From Histomonas meleagridis 2922-C6/04-290x (lineage: Eukaryota > Protista > Parabasalia), in contig JAANOX010000004.1 of NCBI GenBank assembly GCA_020184695.1, positions 62,001 to 126,000 of the forward strand: a DNA stretch of 64,000 nt. The letters run 5' to 3'. Positions 32,006 through 42,461 of this stretch are shown here, one piece after another. The notes under the pieces were generated by a model. The model saw only the letters and a program-made list of their open reading frames with translations, had not been told where the DNA came from and did no database searches. Each line of letters opens with the position of its first letter. Position 1 is the stretch's first letter. The position numbers and the translations under genes were made by a program.

Positions 32006-32395
32006 ATAAATTGAATTGGAATTTGGTGGTGAGTGAAATATAAAGTGATTACATTGTATTAATAAATTGAATTGGAATTTGGTGGTGAGTGAAATATAAA
32101 GTGATTACATTGTATTAATAAATTGAATTGGAATTTGGTGATGAGTGAAATATAAAGTGATTACATTGTATTAATAAATTGAATTGGAATTTGGTGATGA
32201 GTGAAATATAAAGTGATTACATTGTATTAATAAATTGAATTGGAATTTGGTGGTGAGTGAAATATAAAGTGATTACATTGTATTAATAAATTGAATTGGA
32301 ATTTGGTGGTGAGTGAAATATGAAGTGATTACATTGTAGTAATAAATGGAATTGGAATTTGGTGGTGAGTGAAATATAAAGTGATTACATTGTAG
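32006..32395. repeat. Tandem satellite, 7 x 56 bp
   Basis: Unit aaattgaattggaatttggtg(g/a)tgagtgaaatataaagtgattacattgtattaat, anchored at 32011, 32067 and onward with period 56 to 32347. Confidence 0.95.
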
Positions 32396-32519
32396 TTATT
32401 TTGATCATAATCAATTTAAAATATTTTCTTAATTTATTTGGCCGCATTATGTCATATTATATATTTTATTGATCGTTGTTTCACCTTTCGATAAAGTATA
32501 CAATTCGACATTCATCAAC

Positions 32520-34638
32520 ATGAGTGTGTCAAAGAAAAATTCCTTTTCAGACTTAATTACACTAACAGAAATAATTTATAACATAAATAAAGATAACATT
32601 GATACATCTATTTCATCATTATGCAAATTTTATGATAATTCACAAACGTATTCATTCAACTTGATCATCTGCCGTTTCATTTATACTATGTTTGTAGCAA
32701 AACTGATAGATATAGATATAGTTATTGAGTTTTTGAATTTAATTGATCGAGAGATCAATAAAAATCAATTTCAAATACTTGACATCTTTTCTCGATTCCT
32801 TCAGGAAAATAACACACAAGAATCTAATTATCTTATTGGAAAGTTGATAGAAAAAGGTTTAATTAACTCATCAATTACTGAGAATATGAAGAGTTTATTT
32901 TTTTCACATTTTAAGGCACATTTCGTTTTGGACAATAGATATCAATTTTCCGAATATTTCTCTAAAAACCTTGAAAAACTTCAAGCGAATGATTGGGAAC
33001 TTCATAAAAAATATGTTAAAGAAGGAATAAATCCAAATGAAATCGCAAAAATAATTCGAAATGATGAAATCGAAAAACTTCAAGAAATATCATCACAGCC
33101 AAATTTTGATTTTAACAAAACAATTGAACCATCACTTTATGAAAGATGTTCATTTATAAATAAAAAAAATGTCTCATTAATTGATTATGCAGCATTTTTC
33201 GGATCAGTTAAATGTTTTAAATATTTACTTATGAATGGTGCAAAATTAGATAACACAGTTAAATATGCTGTAGCAGATGGAAATGAAGAAATTATTCATT
33301 TATGTGAACAAAATCATTCATCATTCGAAAGTACATATGAAATTGCAATTGAATTTCATCGAAATAATATCTTTAAATATTTATATGAGAATAAAATTGA
33401 AAGGGTTAATGATTTAGAAAAATTAGGAAAAAAATGTATTTTTTGTTCTAATTTTGATATTCTTTCATTTTTAATTGAAAAAGGAATGGAAATAAATGAA
33501 AATATTATCATTGCTTTGATTGTAACAGGTAATTTATATATTGTTCAATATTTTCTTGAAAGAAATCCTATTCCAATTGATTTTTTAAAAATTTCAGGTT
33601 TTTCTGGAAATGTAGAACTTTCTAACTATTTAATTAACAATAGATATATCGATTTAAGCAAGATTGTTTGTTTATTTTATTGGATTTTTATTAAAGTATT
33701 TTATTGTTTCATAAAAATTTTAAAAATTTTTTCAAAATATTTGTAGTTCTTACAAATGCTTCAAAAAATGGTTATACAGAAATCGTTAAATTACTTCTTA
33801 AACAAGAAAAAATTGATATTAATGCTAAAAATATTTATTTGTTTTATTTGATATAATTTTTAATAATTTTTTATTTCAAAATATTATTTGATAATTATTT
33901 AAATTATTTAATACAGCACTTATTTACGCATCTAAAAATGGTCATACAGAAATAGTTAAATTACTTCTTGAACAAGAAGGAATTGATATTAATGTTAAAG
34001 ATATAATTTATTTTAATAATTTTATATTTCAAAATAATATTTAGAAAATATTTAAATTATTTAAAACAGCACTTATGGAAGCAACTAAACAAGGTAACAC
34101 AGAAATAGCTAAATTACTTCTTGAACAAGAAGGAATTGATATTAATGCTAAAAATATTTATTTGTTTTATTTATTATTTGTATCAATAATTTTCTATTTC
34201 AAAATTATATTTGGAAATTATTTCAAATATTTAATACAGCACTTATGTATGCATCTGAAAATGGTCATACAGAAATAGTTAAATTACTTCTTGGACAAGA
34301 AGGAATTGGTATTAATGTTAAAGATATTTATTTGTTTTATTTTATATTTATTTTAATAATTTTGGGTTTCAATATAATATTTGGAAATTATTTAAAATAT
34401 TTGAAACAGCACTTATTAAAGCATCTAATAATGGTCATACAAAAATAGTTAAATTACTTCTTGAAAAAGAAGGAATTGATATTAATGCTAAAGATATTTA
34501 TTTGTTTTATTTAAGATTTGTGTTGATAATTTTATATTTCAAAATAATATTTGGAAATTATTTAAATTATTTGAAACAGCACTTATAAAAGCATCTAATA
34601 ATGGTCATACAAAAATAGTTAAATTACTTCTTGAATAA
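32520..34638 (+). CDS. DUF3447-like/ankyrin-repeat gene, locus B: N-terminal domain plus six ankyrin units split by 80/80/63/80/80/80-nt spacers
   Basis: Paralogue of locus A (GINPNEIAKIIRNDEIEKL...IDYAAFFGSVKCFKYLL). Ankyrin blocks start at 33743, 33913, 34066, 34236, 34406 and 34576; the last ends KLLLE-TAA at 34636-34638. Confidence 0.7.
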
Positions 34639-35775
34639 ACTCTAGTAATGTCAAATTACTAAGGAAGCCCTAATTATCAAAAAAACAAGTAAAATATTAA
34701 AAACATTGTGTTTTTTACTGCCCTGGGCAAAAAAATATCCCAAAATCATTTGAGATTTCTGTAAACAAAAAATGTGGTGTGTCAAAAAACGTTTATGGTG
34801 CCTGTTGAATATTTCCTCAATAAAAAGTTTAAATATTATATGATTATATAACACTAGATATGTAATATTTAAAAACATTGTTTTATTATGTTTGAATATA
34901 TTATATATTAAGATATTTTAAATTTTTTTTTGATTTTTAATTCAATAGTTTATGTAATTTTTGAGTGTAAAATGATCGACTTCTTTCAAATACATCTGTT
35001 AATATCTATAGGAAAATATGTTTTAATTCCTTTAATTTTGATGACTATAATTTCGAGTAATGATGTAATTTTGGAATTATGGGTTGGCCTTTAAATTTTT
35101 GAGTTGCCAAATCCAAAATTTATAATAATAAATTGATGAAATTTGCAAATTTTTTAGTGCCATTATTGAATTAAACATACTAATTTTGGTATGACTGTCA
35201 TATGTCATTCGTATTGATGAAATTAATTAGTATAATAAGTTGAGTGTTACAGGTAATTCGTTTGTTGGTACGATGGTGAATTTCAAAATCATTCAATTAT
35301 CCCGTATCGTTGCCCAACCTGGGCTATCGTTACCCAAGGTGGTTTTATTCATAAAATCATGTCCGATACAGAAAAAACCGCTTTTATATTATTGTTGCGA
35401 AAAACATAAGTTATTACGGTTTATACGAAAATTAGGATTAAAAGTGAATTTATTCAAACAGTGAAATTTTGGTGAGGAAAAGTGAACTGTAATGACTTCA
35501 TTTTTGATATAAAGTATTGAATTCGGCTTTACCCAGTGGGTTGAGTTTTCATTTTTTTATCTAATTTTGATCAATGCAAAACGACAATTATCGCATTCAA
35601 TTTTTTTAATCTAATTTTATATGATACAAAACGGCACTTATTTTATTCAACTTTATTAATTTAATATCACTTGGCGTAAAGAGTCACTTAGCGAAAAAAA
35701 AATTAAAAATTTGAAAGCATAAACTATACAATAATTCAATGGAAACGACCGTTATGCCCTGGAAATACGATTCCT

Positions 35776-36108
35776 TCAAATAAAATATGCATTCGTTTGG
35801 GTTTTAACCACCTTTGATTGAAGAAAATTATATTCAATTATTGAATTAAGAATATAATTTGATTCTTCAGTGCACTTGTTAAGAAGAAAAATTGCAAATT
35901 CTTTAAAAATTTTTGTTTTAATATTTTTTTTCTCTTGCATGATTTTAATTTCATTCATAAAATTTGAATATAAAAATAAATCGAAATTAAATATTTTAGT
36001 TTCTGATGTGACAAAAATGGTATATATTATTAGATAAATAACTAAATTCAAAGATAATAATAAATAATTATATTTAAATATTTCAAATATTGATTTTGCT
36101 GATAACAC
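35776..36108 (-). pseudogene. Remnant of a DUF3447-ankyrin family N-terminal region
   Basis: FAIFLLNKCTEESNYILNSIIEYNFLQSKVVK aligns with locus A FSRFLNNEHTYESNYLLEAMIEQNFLEPNIVK; the ORF then stops. Confidence 0.55.
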
Positions 36109-36709
36109 TAAATTTTCTTCATTTAAGGGTCTACTCGAATCGTAAAATTATGTACGTTAATTTTTCTGAGGTTTACTTGAAAAAATCGAAGATTTTTTGG
36201 AAAAAATTCAAAATTCCTCATTACATAATATATTACCAAGAACAAAAAGAAATGTCCGGAAAACTATAGATATATCTTTTTTCGAATGTTATTATATATT
36301 AAGAATAACTGTTGTGTAGGTAAAATAATGCTGGATCATTTATAATATATAATTTATTACCTAAAATTGCAGAATGTGTTTTAAAATAAATACTGAATAG
36401 TTTTTACTCATCTCATAAGAATTTAGAAGGGCATTACATATTCTAACTTTTATAAAAGTTTTATTGATTTTCATTTAATATTCAGTTGTAAAAATTTGTT
36501 TGATTAATTTTCCAACCAAAGATCATTCTGAATCCAAATGATCCACTTCATCTCAATGAATAATAGAGTTTATAAAAAATTACATATATGATTTAATTCC
36601 CCTTTGTTTGAATATTTCCGGAAATGCGAGCAAATTTTAAGATTTATTTCATGGAGTTCTAAATTTCACTTTTTTTATCCATATATATTTTTGGGCAATC
36701 AGAAATAAA

Positions 36710-37551
36710 CGATCAATATTTAAAAGTAATTGAATGTATCGTCTTTCCCGATAGATTTTGATTGATTTTTGATCGGACAAAGGGTAATCTCTTGTTGTAA
36801 AAAAAAACATAGAGAATTCGTATTATAATGTCAAATGCCAATAATTTGAATGGTTACTGTCAAAATATAATATCTTTCAGATTATATAGACTTAATAATG
36901 TCCATTGTGAAAGAAAAAATTAAATAGCAATCACAGTATTTATCTCAAACGAGGGTCATCAAAGTTAAAACCTTATAACTATAAAAAGTCATATGTAACC
37001 TCAGTTATATAATGATTGATTTGAGAAAAAAGCACGTTAGATATAGAAACCGTTTGATATACATATCACTGAGGCTTATTTTTCATTTGTACTCAAATTT
37101 AATGGCATTCACAGCAATGTAATACTTATGATATGTCAATACGTATTCAAAATATTATTATATGTTTTAATATTCAATGATTCAGAGATGAACATATAAT
37201 TTGATTATTTCTTTTTACTACACGTTAGACTTGTTCGGATAATATTACGCAACATCGTAATTATAATACAGATTCATATTCCATACATATCGATCTTTCT
37301 TCATAACTTCCATTTAAAAATATTATGACATTTGAATAGATTGTTTTGACAATAGCCATTCAAATTATTGGCATTTGATATTTTAATACAAAAATTTTTT
37401 GGCATGAAGATTCCTCAATTTGAGAGGAGACATGTCTCATTCAAATTCTCTATGTTTTTTTTACAACAAGAGATTACCCTTTGTCCGATCAAAAATCAAT
37501 CAAAATCTATCGGGAAAGACGATACATTCAATTACTTTTAAATATTGATCG
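36710..37551. mobile_element. Fold-back/MITE-like element with about 108-bp terminal inverted repeats
   Basis: 36710-36818 is the reverse complement of 37444-37551, differing only in an A9/T8 run. An inner inverted pair lies at 36831-36865 and 37345-37379 (2 mismatches). No ORF of 60 aa or more inside; no TSD found. Confidence 0.6.
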
Positions 37552-38269
37552 GCTATCATTTTTTTTGATCCGATAATATATCTTAATATACTGATTCACT
37601 GATATAAACTAATATATAAATTTTTTTATTACTTGAGCAATTGATAATGAATGTTGAAAAATGAAATAATATATTGGATTACACTCAGTTATCGAATGAA
37701 TATCAAATTGCTGTCAATAAAAATTCGGGAAAATATGATCAATACATAGTTTAGCCGATGTCGATCGTGTGTATAAAAAATTATTTAAAAGAATCGATTT
37801 CATACTAGAAAATCGATTATAAAACGAAAATTTTTCCCAAGTATTCAAAAAGTTAATTTTGATCGTCGTTCGAGACCCTTAAGTCGAAAATAATATTCAA
37901 AATTGATAAGAATGTACATTCAAGAATTTGATCAATCAAATTCATTTTGACGGTTTTCCCTTTGTGCATAAATGAAAAAGTGACATAAACGTCCTCCTGG
38001 TTTGGTGTATATAAATTATTGTGGATGCAACTTAGTACAAGAATATCATTTAATGATATACAAGGAATGCTGTTTTTAGATCGCATTATTGTCTCAAAAA
38101 AGCAGGTTTACTTTACTTTTCACAATTTATTAGAAATGCCGAAAAAAAATATAAATAACCATTTTTTCTAGTAATAAACAATATTTTTTATTTAGGAATA
38201 TCTTTAATTGAATTTTCCAATTGGAAATCCAAATAAATAAAGGAATTAGAGTTTATTTACACAAGAGAC

Positions 38270-39271
38270 CTAGTATATTCGACAACAATTACCATTATCT
38301 TCACCAAAGGATTCTGTTTCAGCAGTTCCGTATGTTTCGTATTTGTGTTTAGCATCTTTTTGAACCAATTCACATGCTTCTTGATTCATTTCCCAGATAT
38401 CTTTCCATTCATGTCCCGTTCTTTCAATGTTATAATAGTTACGAGCAGCTTGAATTAAACCATAAATCTCTTTATAATCTGGGAAATCTTCATATTCATA
38501 CTGCTGAATCATTTTGTAAACTTCAGAAAATTGATAAGGAAGTTCACCGCGCACTTTTGATGGGTCTATACGAATCTTAATCTCGTAGAGTTCATCTCTA
38601 TCCTTTACCTTAGACCATGGCAATCTACCATTGGCAAATTCAGAAATCATATAATACCATGAATATAAATCATCTCGATATGAAAGTTGTTGTTTGCTTA
38701 ATGCATTAGGTGAAGCATACTTTGCTGTACCAACAAACCTACCTCCTTCATTTGGTAAAATCTTTTTTGTTTTAGGATCAATTATATTTCTGGAAATACC
38801 ATAATCTAAAAGATAAAGTGGATTTTTTGCATAAGGTCGAATAATAAAATTGCTGGCCTTGATATCTCTATGAATAATTCCTTTAAGATGGATTCGCCTG
38901 ATTGCGAATAAAGTTTTTTCAGCAAGAAACAATGTATTTCGAAGCATAAATCTTCTCCCACGTTGTGTAAGTCTACATGATGAAATTGATGGTCCTAAAA
39001 GATCCATAACAAAATATTTACAAACATCATTTGAACCACTTGCATAAATTTGTGGCACATATTTGCATCCTTTCAGTTGTCTATAAATCTTTAATTCATT
39101 ATCCATACCTTTTTTTTCTGCATTAAGATATTCTGTTTTCAATGCAAATTGTTGATTTTTAGGATCTTCTACTAGATAAACATCACCAAATCCTCCTTTT
39201 CCAATCCTTTTAAGAATTACATATCCATCAATTACTGTTAATGGTTCGAAGACAGGGCGAAGGTTGGACAT
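38270..39271 (-). CDS. Casein kinase 1/TTBK family Ser/Thr kinase
   Basis: IGKGGFGDVY, FALKTE, MDLLGPS, HRDIKASNF, DYG, FVGTAKYAS, SYRDDLYSW, LPW. Confidence 0.92.
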   Translation of the reverse strand: MSNLRPVFEPLTVIDGYVILKRIGKGGFGDVYLVEDPKNQQFALKTEYLNAEKKGMDNELKIYRQLKGCKYVPQIYASGSNDVCKYFVMDLLGPSISSCRLTQRGRRFMLRNTLFLAEKTLFAIRRIHLKGIIHRDIKASNFIIRPYAKNPLYLLDYGISRNIIDPKTKKILPNEGGRFVGTAKYASPNALSKQQLSYRDDLYSWYYMISEFANGRLPWSKVKDRDELYEIKIRIDPSKVRGELPYQFSEVYKMIQQYEYEDFPDYKEIYGLIQAARNYYNIERTGHEWKDIWEMNQEACELVQKDAKHKYETYGTAETESFGEDNGNCCRIY

Positions 39272-39364
39272 TGAAAAGAAATTGGAAACTTTACTTAAAT
39301 TTCTTTGGATAAAATAATCAAAACTTACAAATTTAAACGTTCATCTTGTAACGCTTGTTGAAAA

Positions 39365-40135
39365 ATGAAAACAGGATTTCTTTTCCAACCACCTGAGTTT
39401 TATAGAGGGCGAATTCCTTTCATAATTAAAGACTTAGTTGACCAATTAAATGAAATGGATGCAGCAAATTCAGTAAATCTTTTTTCAATTAAAGATTTTA
39501 CCAATGTTGCCTATCTTCTAAAAAAGCTAAACCATGGACGAATACAAGATTGGACAGAATTTACTGATAGCTCTGTTCTTGCTGTTTCATTGATTAAATA
39601 TTTAAATGAAATAACCAAACAATCTCCATTAATCTCCAATAAAATCGCAAATCTTCTTATTAATAATTACCAAAAGAATAACACTGTTGATCAGTTTTTC
39701 CAACTCATGCGAAATGAAATATATTCTGGAAATTATAGAATATTATTATTCATCATTAACTTCCTCAAATCTTTAACTAAAATTAAATTTAGTGAAAAAT
39801 ATAAGCACTTTTATAAATCGTTTCTTGGCACTGATACTAAATATAACAAAATTTTATTTTCCTTATTATTTCGAAATACTGATATCATATTTAAGTCAAA
39901 GCTTTCTGAAAGATCATTTCTTACTGATAAAGACATTACATATCTCTATGATAAAATGATTCAACAAGCCCCAGAAAAGCAACCAATACAAAACTACGTT
40001 TTACAAATTGAGAACAAATTTGGAATTAAAAATCTCATCGAAGACAAATTAGTATATATACCTCCAAACGCTACTAGTTATATGAGAAACCCGCTTGTAA
40101 CTAAACTCAGAAATGCTCCTGAAAACTTTAATTGA
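39365..40135 (+). CDS. RhoGAP-like domain protein (arginine finger apparently absent)
   Basis: IPFIIKDLVDQL...NLFSIKD...VLAVSLIKYLNEITKQSPLI follows the RhoGAP pattern, with S where the GIFR arginine is expected. Confidence 0.5.
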   Translation: MKTGFLFQPPEFYRGRIPFIIKDLVDQLNEMDAANSVNLFSIKDFTNVAYLLKKLNHGRIQDWTEFTDSSVLAVSLIKYLNEITKQSPLISNKIANLLINNYQKNNTVDQFFQLMRNEIYSGNYRILLFIINFLKSLTKIKFSEKYKHFYKSFLGTDTKYNKILFSLLFRNTDIIFKSKLSERSFLTDKDITYLYDKMIQQAPEKQPIQNYVLQIENKFGIKNLIEDKLVYIPPNATSYMRNPLVTKLRNAPENFN

Positions 40136-40499
40136 ATGAAAGGATATATGTATCGTAAATTCAAAAACCGGTGTAAACTTCTGATTTCTACTTTTTCATT
40201 GCACCCTTAATTTAGGGAAAAAGTTTATGAATTCAGACGAATCTGCTTTTAATGTGTTCTTTCTTATTTCATAAATATATTGTACATTTTTAAAAACTTG
40301 TTTAAATTTAATTTTATATGAATTTCTTTCAAATTTATATTTTGATTAATAATAATTTAAACTATGATATGAATCATTTCGATGTTATATTGTTTTTTTA
40401 TTTATTTATAAAGGGAAGTGCGAATATAAATGAGATTTTTAACGTGTTATAACACTTTAAGATATGGATCAATTATTAGCATATGATTATTAGTTCCTT

Positions 40500-42440
40500 C
40501 TTATTCCTGAAGTAATTTAACAATGTCAAAATGTTTGTAAGCTTGATAGCTGCTTCAAATAATTCGAACAATTTCTAAATAATATTTTTAAATCTCAAAT
40601 TAATTTAAAAAATAGTATATGAAGCAAACCCTTGGGCTTAATATCAATATCTTTTTGTTCAAGGAGAAATTATACTATTTTTATTTTTCTAGAAGCAGAA
40701 GCTTGCATAAGTTCCGTAATAAATATCTTGAGTAATTTCCGAAAATTATTTATGAATATCAAATAAATAAAATAAACAGGAAAAAACGTCTTTAGTGTTG
40801 ATATCAATTCCTTCTTGTTCAAGAAGTAATTTAACTATTTCTGTATGACCATAAGAAGATGCATTCATGAGTGCTGTTCGAAATAATATAAATAATTTCC
40901 AAATATTATTTTGAAATAAAAAATTATTAAAATAAATTATGAATAAAACAAAAAAATATTTTGAGCATTAACATCAATTCCATCTTGAGTTAGAAGTAAT
41001 TTGACTATTTCTAAGTAACCTCTCCCTGCTGCCCTTACAAGTCTCAAAAATAATATGATGAATTTCCAAATATTATTTAAAAATTAAATAATTGTTGAAA
41101 TAAATATCATTTGAAATAAATAAACAATTTTTGCATTTATATCATTTCCTCTTCGTTTAATAATTAATTTTACTAAATCTATATTACCTTTTGCGACTAC
41201 ATAGCAAAGTACTGTATAAAATATCCAAGATAAAATCCAAAATTTATTTATAAATTGATAATTATTTGAATAAATATTTGAAATTAATATTTATAACGTC
41301 AAAATCGATTTTTTTATCATTATAGAGTAACTTAAAAATTTCTATTTCATTATCTTCAGATGCTCTCATAATTACAGTTGGAAATATTTTGAATAATTTC
41401 CAAATATTATCATAAAACAAAAAAATAGAATGAACTTCAAATAAAACAAAACAAAACAAAACAAAACAAAAAAAAAAAAAAAAAAAATAGATCTTTAGCA
41501 TTAATATCAATTTCATTTTGCTCAAGAAGAAATTTAACCATCTCTATATTATTCATCATTACTGCAATATTTACAAGCAGCTTTTGAATTTTTCTCATAA
41601 TTAATAATGTATTTAACAAGTTCTTTATTCCAAGAAAAAGATGTTTTTTTAAGCATATCTAAATAATAGCGTTCAATCTTTTTTAGAAAATATTGTGAAA
41701 TAAATATGTTACCTGTTTCAATTGATTTATAGAAAAATGTATTAGTGTCTTTCATTCCTTTTCGATAAACGAAAGAATTTCATAATTATCAAATTGTATA
41801 CATTTATAACCTAATTCTTCTAAACTATTAATTTCTTTTAATTTGTTTTCATTTCACTGGAATTCAATTGCCGTTTCATATGTGCTATTAAAAGGCGCAT
41901 GATTTTGTTCGCATAAATGAATAATTTCTTCATTTCCACCTGCAAATTGACATATGATTGTTAATTTAGCACCATTAAGAAGTAAATATCTAAAACATTT
42001 ATTTAACCAAAAAATACTGCATAATCAATTAATGAAACATTTTCTTGATTAACAAATACCTTTCATAAAGTAATGGTTCTATTAATTGATCTATATCAAA
42101 ATTTGTGATGATATTTCTTGAAGTTTTTCGACTTCATCATTTCGAATTATTTTAGTGATTTTATTTGGATTAACTCCTTCATCAATTAATTTCTTATGTA
42201 ATTCTCAATCTTCTTTTTTGAGATTTTCAATGTTTTCAAAAAACTCCTTACCAAATTGTTCAGATTCGAATTTATTTATTTCTTCAATTGGAGTATAATG
42301 TGCGAAATGCAATGTTGGTATTTTAAGGCATGTTTTGGAATCAATCATTTTATTTTCAATCATTTTTCCAAGAAGTTAATATGAATCTTGAGTAACTTTA
42401 AAATAATCGAAATTCCAGCATCAAAAGAATTTTTTATAAA
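40500..42440 (-). pseudogene. DUF3447-like/ankyrin-repeat pseudogene, locus C, with spacer-interrupted ankyrin units
   Basis: The N-terminal part reads ...LKKED*ELHKKLIDEGVNPNKITKIIRNDEVEKLQEISSQ with in-frame stops and frameshifts. Downstream ankyrin units such as TALMNASSYGHTEIVKLLLEQEGIDINTKD are separated by spacer homologues (112, 78 and 80 nt among those measured). Confidence 0.8.
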
Positions 42441-42461
42441 AAATAATTTTATAACACGCAT

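Noticed and set aside
32006-32395. CRISPR array (also considered for 5776-6221 and the 170-bp ankyrin arrays)
   Set aside because: Units are contiguous near-identical repeats without unique spacers, the context is eukaryotic, and there are no cas genes.
33833-33912. A single -1 ribosomal frameshift at T_TTA_AAT/A as the universal explanation
   Set aside because: The heptamer is present in several spacers but absent in others (34156-34235). Some spacers have stops in both frames (33833-33912, 60644-60723), and the 40878-40957 copy would need an early shift while 17257-17336 needs a late one. Kept only as a secondary hypothesis.
37853-38086. 77-aa ORF starting at ATG downstream of CK1
   Set aside because: No recognisable motif; it could be real but cannot be supported from sequence alone.
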